DNA of 64,000 bases from Octopus sinensis (GCF_006345805.1 NC_042998.1:160580001-160644000), one strand, 5' to 3'. Numbered from the stretch's first letter, positions 1-12,079 are shown. Notes: a model not told the origin generated them from the letters alone. Numbers and translations are program-made.

Positions 1-59
1 ATACAAAGAGCATGATGCAATTGCAATAGATATTTTATTGGTTGAATATTTCAACAGCA

Positions 60-241
60 AGCCTGTCTTTATTGAGTTCAAAATGAAGTGATAAAAATTC
101 AAAATTATAGAAATTCAAATCCAAAATATGAATGAGAGCAACCAGCATCTACACATTGATGGAATGACACCATCAGTCATCAAAGTTCAATTTTACAACC
201 AGCAAAAAGAAAGAGAAAGAGAAAAGTAAAAAGAAGAATAT
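60..241 (-). mobile_element. Probable 3' UTR / pseudo-LTR of the PLE
   Basis: Lies directly downstream of the GIY-YIG stop. Pyrimidine-rich on the minus strand, with TTGATGA followed by a TGATGG/CCATCA stem (decayed hammerhead-like remnant). Confidence 0.45.
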
Positions 242-1345
242 TTAATCAAACAGTTTTGTGCAAATTTGATGAAATTCTCCTGTCATTTTATTTATTCCTC
301 CAGGGTGTTGTGTTAATAACCTGCAAACATATTTCACCTTATGCATTTTGAGTACTGAAAGTGTGGCAGATTCAAAATATTTTCTGTGAATATACACTTT
401 CAAGTCTTTTTCAATATTGCAGTTGTTTGATGCAAAATGTTTGGCAAGTTCTGTCGAACTACTGTTATTGTGCCTGACGTCATATCTGTGCCCATTAAAT
501 CTTTTGTTTAATTGTTCTGTTGTACAATCAACATAAGTTAAGTTGTGTTTCATGCATTCTGCTGCATACACCAAATGAGAATCTCTACAAGTCCCACCTT
601 CTGTATAAATCATAACATTTTGTGTCCAAAACTTCAATGCTAGTTTTTGAAAAACTAGATAAATTTTATGTTGGATTTAAGGCCATAGTTTTTAGCATAA
701 TAGTCTCAGAAATGCAAGAAGTCAATAAAACTGTCCTGTGATCATTCCCATCAATGAACCGTAACCAGAGTATTGGTTCATGTCCATGTCGGGATTTGAA
801 TATCTTCAGCAACTGTGTCTCGAATTTCATCCTGAAGACATTAGTAAAATTAAGTGCCATGGGGGTACCCAACATGCAACCCCTTGTCCGGTGGTAAAAT
901 TTACTTTGTAACATAAACTTCAGTAACCTACAGAGAAAATTTGATGGAATACTTTTGTTTGACAGATTTTCAAAGGCATTCATGCATGCTCCTACCCTTT
1001 CATCATGGTCAATATTGGGATATAAGGAAGAAACATTCATGGTTAGTTTTTAACATGGCTTTGGTGCTTAAAAAAGTTGTTGATTTTAGACACAAAATCA
1101 AAAGTATCTCAAATATAGGAACTTGATCATTTTGTGACAGGGACTAGAAAGCCATCCAGCCATTCCGAAAGTTTGGCTGAACAACAATCATATCCACTGC
1201 AAATTGGGTGCATTGGAGGAAATCTTTTGAACTTTTTGTGTATTTTGGGGAGACTATAAAATACAGGTGTTCTTTCTGATTGTAAAATCCCAGATTCGGC
1301 CTTATTAATGAAATGTTTTCCTCAGTTTTCATTAAAAGCACACCT
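242..1345 (-). mobile_element. Decayed Penelope-like element (PLE) ORF: reverse transcriptase plus GIY-YIG endonuclease, with frameshifts and stops
   Basis: Minus-strand translation gives PLE motifs in the correct order: VFYSLPKIHKK (~1265-1232), PMHPICSGYDCCSAKLSEWLDGF, SSYI*DTFDF, MNVSSLYPNIDH, GCMLGTPMALNFTNVF, WLRFID, then GIY-YIG LVYAAECMKHNLTYV..TTEQLNKRFNGH..ELAKHF (ORF 242-637). Confidence 0.92.
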
Positions 1346-1622
1346 CTGTGACAGCAAAAAATTGGGTGGTAAAAGAATTGAGTGTTTTGATATGGATGGT
1401 AAACAGAACTAATGTATTAAGTCTTTAGAAAATGTAAAAGTTGTATTGAAAAATTGAAAAGATAGTTTTACCTTTTTTATTTTATGTTGTAATTATGTTT
1501 TTTAATTTGCTATAATTAGTTTGTGTAGTACTTTTTTGATTTTATGTGAAATAAAAACAAAACCAAAAGGCTTTTGCACAGAACAACTAGCATTATCTTA
1601 TAGGTACCAAAAGTAAAAAGTT

Positions 1623-1843
1623 ATCTTCTTGCATCATACTGACTCATAAGGACTGGTTTCCATGGCATATAAATTTCCCACCTGGAGGGGAAATACTCAT
1701 TTTTGTCAGCTGAGTGGACTGGAGCAGTATGAAAAGAAGTGTTTTTTGCTCAAGAACATAACATGTTGCCTGGTCCAGGAATCAAAACCACAATCTTACA
1801 ATTATGAGTCTAATACCCTAACCGCTAAGCCATGTGCCTCCAT
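1623..1843 (-). mobile_element. tRNA-derived SINE family B copy
   Basis: Reverse complement has head GGAGGCACATGGCTTAGCGGTTAGG (A box) and GGTTTTGATTCC (B box), plus core TTCTTGAGCAAAA..TCCAGTCCACTCAGCTG. Homologous to 13193 and 22545. Confidence 0.85.
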
Positions 1844-1847
1844 CATA

Positions 1848-2075
1848 GTTTCCTTCTTAAGTCATGCCAACTCAAAAGAACTGGTTTCTTAGTTTCCATG
1901 GCATATAAATTCCCCACCTGGATGGGATGCTGGTCCATCGCAGGATTATTTTTGCCAGCTGAGTGAGATGAAGTGTTTTGCACAAGAAAGCAATGTATCA
2001 CCCAATCCAAGAATCAAAACCATGATCTTACAATCATGAGTCCAACACCCTACCCACTAAGCCACATGCCTCCAT
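1848..2075 (-). mobile_element. tRNA-derived SINE family B copy (head-to-tail with the previous copy)
   Basis: Same head, core and tail as 1623-1843, but with a different internal deletion. Confidence 0.85.
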
Positions 2076-2202
2076 ATACCAAAAGTCCTCTTAGACTATT
2101 TCTGCTCATGTTCACTGTATCTACTCAGTTTCCATGCATCCAATCTATCATCTACCTGAAGAAAGAAAAAAAAAAACCCCATTATTATTTCATTATTTTC
2201 TA

Positions 2203-2385
2203 GGTGCAGGTGTGGCTGTGTTGTAGGCACAGGTATAGTTGTGTGGTTAAGAAACTTGCTTCTCAGTCATGTGGTCTCATGTTCAGTCCCACTGCATGAT
2301 CCATTTGCAAATGTCTTCTATAGCCCTGGACTGATCAAAGCTTTGTGATTGGATTTAGTTGACTGAAACTGAAAGAAACCAGTCG
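2203..2385 (+). mobile_element. tRNA-derived SINE family A, 5' half
   Basis: GGTGCAGGTGTGGCTGTG..GGTTAAGAAACTTGCTT..GTTCAGTCCCACTGC..AACTGAAAGAAACC, running into a (TG)n tract. Homologous to 7572, 17038 and 21725. Confidence 0.8.
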
Positions 2386-3210
2386 TGTGTGTGTGTGTAT
2401 GCACATGTGTGTGCATGTATGTATGCATGTGTGTGTGTGTGCATGTGTGAGTATGTATGCATGTGTTTGTGCATCACATGATAGCTGTAAGTGAGCATCA
2501 GCAAGTTTCATTTGATCCATGCAAATATGGAAGAGTGAACATTAAAGGATGATGACGACGATGATGATGATGATATGTCAACCCATTCATCTATGTCTTC
2601 TACATCCAATGTGCTATCCACACGGTAAACACCTGATTCTGTTATTGAGAAATTCCATCATAGCTTCCAATGGAGAGCTGACAATTTTTGTAACTCCAAA
2701 ACGTATGAACGGCAAATTTGACCTTGACCAGATATGAACTCAGAATGCAATGAACTGAAATAAATAATATTGCAAGACATTTTTGTCTGACACATTGAAG
2801 ATTCTGCCAATCTATCACCCTTTAAAGCAACAACAACAACAAGCTCATCACCGTCATCATCATCATCATCGTCGTCATTATTCAGTCCTTTGTGGATATT
2901 GAAGATTAACTGATTAGTATTTTTCCTCTTATTTGCTTTCAAGATCAGTGAAGTATACATGAAATTCTCTCAATCTAACGATATTTCTTTTAAATTAATA
3001 GACTATAGTAGTGTGAGTGCTAAATAGGACAAAGTGGATGAGGACTGCTTTATCAGGGATCTTGCCTATATACTTGGTCCTGAGGTGATATGGAAGCAGT
3101 TGCCCTAGTGTGCCCATAGCAAACATCCCAAAACTCAACTACATCATACAATAGCACTGTAAATATAAAGAGGTTTTAGTATGGTTACTGGGTTTGCTAA
3201 ATAATTACTG

Positions 3211-3427
3211 ATTTCAAATTTTGGCACAAGGCCAGTAATTTCGGGGTTGTAGTGGCTAAATCGATTACATTGACTTCAGCACACAACTGATTCTTATTTT
3301 ATTGACCTTGAAAGGATGAAAAGTAAAGTCGACCACAGCAGAATTTGAACTCAGAACATAAAGACAGACATGATGCCACTAAACATTTTATCCAGAGCAG
3401 TAGTGATTCTGCTAGCTCACTGCCTTA
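3211..3427 (-). mobile_element. tRNA-derived SINE family C (core resembles the Meta-SINE domain)
   Basis: TTTCAAATTTTGGCACAAGGCC..GAAAGGATGAAAAGTAAAGTCGACC..GAATTTGAACTCAGAA..TGCCTTA. Flanked by a 12-bp direct repeat GTTTGCTAAATA (3192-3203 / 3428-3439). Confidence 0.85.
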
Positions 3428-3447
3428 GTTTGCTAAATACTTATTCC

Positions 3448-3545
3448 TTTCAAATTTTGGCACAAGGCCAGCAATTTCAGGGTAGAGGGGGATAAGTTGA
3501 TCACATTGATCCCCAGTGTTCCACTCATACTTATTTTATTGACCA
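3448..3545 (-). mobile_element. SINE family C, 3' fragment
   Basis: Second TTTCAAATTTTGGCACAAGGCCAGC..TACTTATTTTATTGACC directly after the first copy. Confidence 0.75.
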
Positions 3546-3759
3546 AGTCAGAATTTGTAATTACTGAAAACAAATTAAGTTGAAGGAATAAGAATGTTTT
3601 ATCAACAAGCTGACTGGTATAAAGTTGAGTAGCATCTCAGGACCATATAGGCAAAAAAAAAAAATTAGAACACCTATCATAGTATTGAGTGACACAGTCC
3701 TGTTTAGCACCATAGGTTGTTCTGTAAGGAAACTTAGAAGGGGAGAAACCATTTTAAGG

Positions 3760-4145
3760 AGCAGAGTGACATGCCTTCATGTGGATTTCTGGGTGACTCT
3801 ATAATCTGATGGTGTTTCTCTTGAAAGTTTGACTCAGACTATTTGTTGGGAAGATTTCAGCTCACATGGTCACACATCAGCTGATTTAGTTGGTTGAGCC
3901 ATGTTTGTGTAGGTGTTAATGTTGTTTATGGTAATACAATGTCTTCATAATTGGACATGCTTTTTATGGCAGTATGGTAGGTTGTGGTCCTGTGTTGGGA
4001 ATGTGAGCGCAATAGTTCAAAAACTCATTAGGAGTCTTGCTACAAGTTGATAGATCTGGTTGGAGTTTTGTATTTAGACTCATGCCTCAGTATTCTCAGA
4101 CATTGGTTCTTAACCTTATAAATGCACTATTTGTCTTCAAAAGTC
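3760..4145 (-). mobile_element. Highly decayed non-LTR retrotransposon RT C-terminal fragment
   Basis: Minus-strand conceptual translation is broken but resembles a LINE C-terminus (..VFELLRSH/EYCAHIP..HRTTTYH..). By-eye recognition only. Confidence 0.35.
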
Positions 4146-5494
4146 TAAATTTGACTTTCTAGCACTTCATGTCTGTCTTAATATAGTTTAATATATTAAT
4201 ATAATTAAACTAATTTAAACAGTATTTAGAATTTATCATAATTAAAAGCATAACTAACTTTCGTCCACTAGAGATCATCTACAAGAGGTAATCAATAAAT
4301 ATTATTGATTGTCCATTTTTTTCTTTCCAATATCATGTATCATGTGTAAGTGACTATAATCCACATCAAATTGTGAAATAACAAAAAGCAGGAAAGCTGC
4401 CAAGCTTTATCATTACATTTGTTACAGTTTATATTAACTTCATGACTATTTAGTAATGAACTTGTCCTTTCTGCTCTCTGAATAGCAAATAATTATTAAC
4501 CACTCAAAGCATTGACCTGAAAGGGAATATTTATTGATTGATTGAAACACGAGAGCCTGTAAACCTATTACTTAACCGATGATTTTAGATTTAGTGTGAG
4601 CATTAAACAATGTAGCTACTACCGTACATCACTGCCACTTAATATCACTATTTAAGCAGTAACCAAAAGTCAGAAGCAACTAATTGGTAGAATTTTTCAC
4701 AATTTTGAATAATACACCACTAATAATAGTTGACTTAGTCTCTCAGATAATAATTTTACATTTGGTTTAGTGCTGATTATGTGTGTATGTGAGTGTTCAC
4801 ATTGTGTGTGTGTGTGTGTGTGTGTATGTGTGCGTGTATGTGCATGGTTTGGTCTTGGTTTGACTGAACAACAAATTGTTTTTAATCTTTTCATTGAGTA
4901 CTTAATGTAGGTCTTCTGCTTTACCTTTGACAAAGAAATTCTTAAAAGCCGCTTGGTTCTACATCAACATAATTGTAATCAATAGCTAATCGACAATTTG
5001 GATTCCATACCGCAACCATTAAATTTCATGCAGCATTTGGCTTTGAACTATTCTAAAATATCTGACCACATTCTCTCTAAAAGGTGGCTTTTTATAGTGT
5101 GTTGCACTCAGAAAAATGTTTTGGTGTTTCCTTCTCAAAATAAAATTATGTTTAATATTCATGTTGATTTCTTGGATTAATATTTTCACTAAGGTCATTT
5201 TCCTTCTGTAACAAAACCATTTTTTGAAATAGAATGTATCTGTCTATCTATATATACATAATATGACTCAGGCACTTAATTATGAGTCCGCTGCAATTTA
5301 TAGCTGAAACAGCTGTAAGCTAATGAAGTTCATAATTGTTTATTCCTAAGTCAGCATATTTTCCTTATATATATATGAGAGAAGTGCTGCTTGGATGGTG
5401 GGGGCTGGGGGAACCTAACACAAAGTATTCAATTATATATATATGTGTGTCTGTGTGTATAGTTACATATATGTATTATATACATTATTAATAT

Positions 5495-6391
5495 AATATA
5501 TATATATATATATTGATAAAAACGGTAAGACAATATTTTTTCTCTGTGTGTATATAGATGTGTATGTGGAATCTTTTGTGAGCGTGTGTGAATGGGTGCA
5601 TGTATGCGGGTATGTGTGTATATAGATGTGTGCATGCATGCGAGTACGTGCGTATATAGATGTATTTTACTCAGTGTTTTTACACATTTTCCTGTTTTTG
5701 CCCTTAGTCCTGTTTTTTCTTGTGTTAGACGTATATATAATCCTTTTTGTGCATGCGTGTGTGTGTGTGTGTGTGTGCATATATAGACGTGTGCGGGTAT
5801 GTGCATGTATAGGCGTGTGTGCGTGCATAAGGGTATGTGCGTATATAGATGTGGTTTACTCTTTGTATACTCCCTTATGCCTTATTTCTGTATTGTTACC
5901 CTTAACCCTGTTTTTTCTTGAACTTGTGCATATATAGACGTGTGTATGAACCTTTATGGTACACGTGTGTGTGTGTGGGGGGGGGGGTTGTATGTATATG
6001 CATATACATTTGGCGAAGGATGAAAGTGAGGATGTGTATGTTTTTCAAGTGAGTGTGGATGAATATATACCTTTAGATGCATGCACGTGGGTGTGCAGGC
6101 GCTCATGTGTAGATATGAACAAACGCGCTTACGCGAATACTATGAACCTTTTATCCCCTTACTTTACTTCCTCCCCTTACTTAGTGGTCATTCGAATAGC
6201 TCTTTTGTCTTAATAACGGTCAATCACACAGTAATTTTCCTTTGTATAATGGTCATTTTTCATAGCATTTTTCCGATGGCCAGATAACTGAAGAGATGGC
6301 GGTGTGGATTTCCACCTTGGCATCCAAAACTCAGAGTTTTATCATGGCTACCGAATAATTGTCACATATTACATTTACAGATATATATATA
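5495..6391 (+). mobile_element. Microsatellite-rich non-coding module (PLE 3'UTR/pLTR-like) ending in a hammerhead motif, bounded by (TA)n
   Basis: Bounded by TA tracts at ~5495 and ~6378. Contains diverged ~190-bp subrepeats (GCGTATATAGATG..TTACTC..CCCTTA..CCTGTTTTTTCTTG) and an HHR at 6271-6355. Confidence 0.55.
6271..6355 (+). ncRNA. Minimal type-I hammerhead ribozyme motif (G12 mutated, probably inactive)
   Basis: Stem I GATAA(6283-87)/TTATC(6339-43), extended by TGGCCA/TGGCTA. Core CTGAAGA 6288-6294. Stem II GATG..CATC with an inner GTGG/CCAC hairpin. AAAAC instead of GAAAC. Pseudo-palindromic stem III AAACTC-A-GAGTTT. GUU cleavage triplet. Confidence 0.7.
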
Positions 6392-6447
6392 GTCTTTGGA
6401 TTTGGTTTGCAAGATTCTTTATGTGAGTTTGTATGTTGAAGCATATT

Positions 6448-6739
6448 CTGTTGTGTCTGGGGAGAGTCATTCTCTTTTGATGCCTTATAATTTAACACAC
6501 TCATTGGTAAAATTTCCATTTATTTCATTTTATTTATTTTTTATTTTTCTAAAATTTTCGTTGCGTCTTGCAACCTTTTCAATAGTTTTAAGAGTCAAAA
6601 CTATTGAAAAGGTTGCAAGATGCAACGAAAATTTTAGAAAAAACTTTTAAAAAATAATAAAGATATAAGTGGAAATTTTACTGGTGAGTATGTTAAATTA
6701 TAAGGCACCAAACAAGAATGACTCTCCCCAGACACAACA

Positions 6740-6741
<2 letters not shown>
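6448..6741. repeat. 294-bp fold-back inverted repeat (~142-145-bp arms, 7-nt loop)
   Basis: The outer 26 bp are perfectly inverted (CTGTTGTGTCTGGGGAGAGTCATTCT). The inner 43 bp have one mismatch (6547-6589 vs 6597-6639). Loop AAGAGTC 6590-6596. Confidence 0.95.
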
Positions 6742-6775
<34 letters not shown>

Positions 6776-6986
6776 TATTCAGCTTAATATTTGAATATTT
6801 TATAAATATAGACAAATTTCAATGTGAAACAATTATAAAATAATTTTTGTTCTACCTTTCATGGTATTTGGAACCGTGTACTAACTTTTCAAGACATGAT
6901 TTTTAAATGAAGAATTTTAATAACTACTCTACTCCAATTACATTATCATCTCAGAAAATTTAGTGAGAAAGTGTGTATGTGTGTGT

Positions 6987-7030
<44 letters not shown>

Positions 7031-7571
7031 TGGAGAAAGCAAAGAAACTAATGTGAAACAAAGACGTAGGGAGAGCTTACCACTCCATTACAATTATCAT
7101 TACTTCACCATCTTCTTTCTTGAATCTTCTTTGTTTTTCTTCAGGGGATTTTTTCTTTATGCATTAACCCAGAATAAGTTTTGAATTTGTGTGCACATTT
7201 GCAAGATGTTTGTTGAGAAATGATGACATTATTTCAAGAGAGACAACACTGATACTTACATATGTGCGCACCTATAGTCTTATAGTCACAAACAGAATTA
7301 GGTTATCAATAGAGATATTTATTCCAGGGTGATAGTTTATCTGTAATGTTGTTTGTACTGGCAGTGAACCCTTTGTCAGCCTTGTTGATGAAATGCCAAG
7401 GCTAGATGTTGGGATATGCATATATGAATAAAACTAATATCACCCACACAGTTTTTGTTGATGACCCAATGTTATATTTTGGTAACATGAACAAAGTCAA
7501 GAGACCATTTAGATTTTGTCACAACATTCTCACATAGAGATAGGAATGGGGGTTTGGGTAAGATAAATGCT

Positions 7572-7948
7572 CAGCTGTGTGGTAAGAAACTTGCTTCCAA
7601 TCACATGGTTCTGGGTTCAGTCCCAGACAAGTATCTTCTACAATTACCTTGAGTTGACCAGAGCCTTGTGAATGGATTTGGTAGGCAGAAACTGAAAGAA
7701 ACCTGTTGTATACGTATCTATATGTTTGTGTCTTTGTGTCTGTATTGTCCCTCACCACTGCTTGACAATTGGTATTGGTGTTTTTACTTCCCCATAACTT
7801 AGTGGTTTGGCAAAAAGGGGCTGATAGAATAAGTATCTGGCTTAAAAAAGATTAAGTACAAGGGTCGATTCATCCAGCTAAAAGTTCTTCAAAGCAGTGC
7901 CCCAACATGGCCATAGTCTAATGACAGAAACAGATAAAAGATAAATGA
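7572..7948 (+). mobile_element. SINE family A, near full length
   Basis: GCTGTGTGGTAAGAAACTTGCTTCC head through tail CATGGCCATAGTCTAATGACAGAAACAGATAAAAGATAAA. Confidence 0.85.
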
Positions 7949-8179
7949 TAGTCAACAGAGGAAAAATAGTCAACTTGACAGAGAACATACATATCAATGA
8001 GCTGTCTATCTTCCCTATCTTTAGTGAAGAATGATGAGAATACTATAAGTATTTTGGAATTGATGAAAATGTTACATATGTTGGTGCTGTGGGTAAAACC
8101 AAAACAGAATACTCCAGCAGACTTCAGAAAACATGGAACTCAGAGCTGTCTGCATTTAATAGGACCATATCTCACAATG

Positions 8180-8245
<66 letters not shown>

Positions 8246-8249
8246 TGTG

Positions 8250-8850
8250 TATGACCCATTCATATTCCTCCATCTTCCTTCCTCCAAACTGATATTTGCT
8301 CTTGACTACACTCCACTTGTATTCACCATTCACCTCTGTTCCCATCCCTATTCATCTACCACTCTCCTTTCACACTCTCACAAACTTACATACGCACTCA
8401 CCCTGTCAAACCTTCTGAACCACGCCCTTATGTTCACCTTCCTGTAACTTGAGTGTATGTCCTGACACCTTTTCCCCATCTCTTCTTTCCCATCTGGGGT
8501 AGCCATGTATCTCCTGTACTGCAAGACACCTGCTTCTGTCCTTCTGTCATACTTTAACCTTTCTATATCTAGAATAAATCAGCATCCATCAATGTTACAA
8601 CCCTCAACTGAGGGTTTTCTTTTGCAAGTTAATTGGTGACCTCACTAGTGCTGGTGCCATGTAAACAGCACCTAGTACATTCTGTAAAGTGATTGGCATT
8701 CGGATGGGCATCCAACCATAAAAACCATGTCAAAACAGACATTGGAGCTTGGTGCTTCCCTCTAGATCATCGATTCCTGCCACACCAGCCAATCCATGGC
8801 GGCATGAAAATTAGACTTTAAATGATAATGATATGATGATGATGATATAT
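8250..8850 (+). mobile_element. 5'-truncated RTE-type 3'UTR/tail (subfamily with pyrimidine-rich upstream part)
   Basis: GGTGACCTCACTAGTGCTGGTGCC..GTACATTCTGTAAAGTGATTGGCATT..GGGCATCCA..(GAT)n tail. Shared with 60176-60920. Confidence 0.7.
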
Positions 8851-8911
8851 ACATACATATATTAGGGGTCAACTTTACATCTCTTCAGAGTTTATAAATA
8901 AAGCATTTGCT

Positions 8912-8953
<42 letters not shown>

Positions 8954-9216
8954 ACATGCACACATTGTGTTCAGACCTGGGTTCAAGGGAAAGACTTGAG
9001 TGTGAGCTTGTGCCCTATAATATTATTATGTTGTTATTAAACTTTCTTAGTTTGATCCCAATACGTTTTTCTCTTATTGCATCACAGCCCATTTTTTTGT
9101 CCTCTCTGATAATCTTATTGCCATTTTGATACCTTTGTTGCTGCCAGCAGGAAATCTTGTCTGGTAGTACGTCTCTGTCTCACTGCTACTGCTTGAAAAT
9201 TTATCATATTTACAGT

Positions 9217-9237
9217 ATATATATATACATACATATA

Positions 9238-9313
<76 letters not shown>

Positions 9314-9330
9314 CACGTGTGTGTGTGTTG
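9217..9330. repeat. (TA)n microsatellite with CA/TG flanks
   Basis: Direct inspection. Confidence 0.95.
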
Positions 9331-10319
9331 CATATTAAAATTAATACTACTAGTACATATCATTGTATTAATCTTTAATGTAGCAATTCACAAAATAAGT
9401 TGATTGACCAAATATGTCACTCAGTGAGAAAGAAAGCAAGTTGAAAAAAAATTCCACTTTCTAAAGAAAATTCCAGAATGATATTAAAAATGTATTTTAT
9501 AAGGCTGAGCAGAAGGTTATGCATATGACTTTGTATGCATGCTTTTAGAAGAAATATATGGACCTTTGAGTTAGGATGAATCGAGGGATATTCATTCATA
9601 AAAGCTGCATCCAGTTATTGATATTAAATTTAATAAATGTAAACATACTTTACAGATATTGATTGGAGCTGAAGCAAATATATGTTAAAATAGATTACGG
9701 AGAAGAAAATTTGAACTGTGATATATATATCTTAGGTGTGTAAATTTATATTTATTAACACAGATTGACAAGAAACTGATAAATTTTTTAATAAAATACT
9801 TTTCAATATGACAGACTTGGGTGCCACAACTTTGGTGAGATAGAGTGCATAACGAGTGCCAGACTAGATTAGATCCTTTTGCTCCATATGACATAAAGAT
9901 AATCAATGCATTTCATTATTAATGGTTCTGATGTAGCCTATTTACCACTGCCGCCGCCACCAGAAGCAACAACAACAACTAGTAGTTGTTTTCTAATATC
10001 TGATACTAATTAGTTTTGGGACACACTGTCTAGATCTAGTAAAGGACTTGGCTAACTAGTTGGAGGCAGTCTCCGCATATGGCTTAGCTAGTTCAGATGA
10101 TGTTTACATATATTGTTTGTTGGTGACTGCTGGGACTGTTGGTATTTTCTTTGCATCTTTTAGTTACATTATTGTGAAATATTCCATTCACCACTTTCCT
10201 CTTGGCTTATCTTTCACTGTTCAGTTGTGCAGAGAGTAGATTGAAATTTAAAATCAAAAAGTATTTTGGTTTTCAAGATAAATTAAGTTATTTTTCTCAT
10301 AATCCAAGAGGCCTATGAT

Positions 10320-10470
10320 CAAATCCGTTCAAGCCATGACCATTCCATCTTTTTTCAGTATATCTAGAATTATGTAATCCATGTATCTTTATTTTTTTTA
10401 ATACAGTAGATTGTGATTTGGCTGTAATTTCTTGCAGGTCAGGTAATCATGTATAGGCTTCCTTATTGGT
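10320..10470 (-). mobile_element. Repeat family D ((CAA)n-tailed SINE/LINE 3' part), decayed
   Basis: CATGACCATTCCATCTTT..TGTGATTTGGCTG..TTCTTGCAGGTCAGG. Reverse complement of the family seen at 63435. Confidence 0.6.
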
Positions 10471-12079
10471 TTGATTCTAGCCATTGAATACAATAGTAGA
10501 CTAAGTCAATATATTAGAAATAAAGACCAATTAGAAAAATGCTTATAAAGCAATAAATGTAACATTCCTATTAATTTACTGTTCGATAGAGAAACCTATC
10601 GCAAGATTTTATTTATTAAAGTCATTGAATGACATTTCTCATGGCACCAGCAGACAAAATGGAAAAGGCATTGCCTCAAAGGATAGTGAGGGAGATGTGC
10701 TGAAACATCCCCTCTGACTCATGGGGCTCACATTTGCAGACAGCAATCTCTGCCCCAATAGTGGTGTGCAGTGATATGAGACATACTTACAAGACAACAG
10801 TTTCTGTCTTTGGTAATGCCACTTATACTTTATGTATAAGATTTCAATCCTAGATCAATGCACTCCACCTAGTAACCTATTTGTTTCTAATCTGTTCTAT
10901 ATTTTGATAATACATCACCCATCTAATTACTACCTACAATTAGGAAAGGACAGTAGTCAAGTTGGTAGGATAGTGAATTCATGGCTCTCATAAAATCTGT
11001 TCTGAAAGCTGTTTGATTAAGGCTTTATTGAATCTGGTTTTAGATGTTATCACTTAATGTTGAAGATTATGTTCATGACCAAGTTTTGAAAATTAGCAAG
11101 GTAGATGAAAAGATCAGAGGAAACAGAGTCAAGAGTTTATAATGATAGTTGAGAAAATGTGAAGAATTCTTCTTTAAGTTTTAGTTACAAATGGATTTCA
11201 CTTCATAAGGAAGAATTACTGTTTAATACGTGTATTGTAAGTTCAATCAGAAAGACTAGATGCTCGTAATGAAAAGACATGTGATCTTTCCTGATAATAT
11301 GGGTTAGGAATAAAAGTGGACAAAAATAGTGAGAATTGGGTGGTTGTAGTTCTAAATTATTACTTCAAGAATGCTAGTTTGCAATATTTTCTCTCTTGTT
11401 GTAGACATCTCAAATGTGCTCAATTAGGACTAGATATATGATTGCCAGTATTTGAAAAAAATTGTTTGACAAAAGATTTTAGTTTCTAAACAGCAATTTC
11501 AATGACTTGTGTAGCATCTGACTTGTTGGCTCAATCATTTGAAATATTAATTGAAGGCATTAAAGAGCAGGAAGTGAATTCCAGAGAAAAGCAATTCCCA
11601 GAAGAGAGAAAAATAGACCTTAATATGGTGGATTGAAAATTTGTCAGGAATATTGGATCAATAAGGTCTTGTTTAATTTTCCTTTTTCACCATCATTGTT
11701 ACCATTGTTGATCAAAAATTAAAAATATTGTAGGTTTTAATTTCTGTTGCTTATTATTGGCATGCATATGGCAAAGCAGCTTTTTGACATGACCTGTTTC
11801 ATTGACTAGCTCAGCTTAATGTAAACCTGATCTGAGAGGAGAAGGCAGTTAAGTGGGAGGGGCAAGAACAAATAATGTAGAGTAATAGCTACTGGCATGC
11901 TGTCTGCTTCAATAACCTGCTGCATTGATTGTTTCTGTTGACCACTATACTTTCTGATCTGTTTTATCATCTTCTCCTCTCCCACTTCAGCTACTTTCCA
12001 GTTATTCTTTGTTTTTCAACCCACCAGGAAGTACAGTTAATTAAACATATATCTAATGTATATGCATATTTTTCTACAA

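Noticed and set aside
10960-11650. Possible decayed LINE endonuclease region on the minus strand (also 32880-33200)
   Set aside because: The composition is suggestive, but no motif could be read confidently, so it is not called as a feature.
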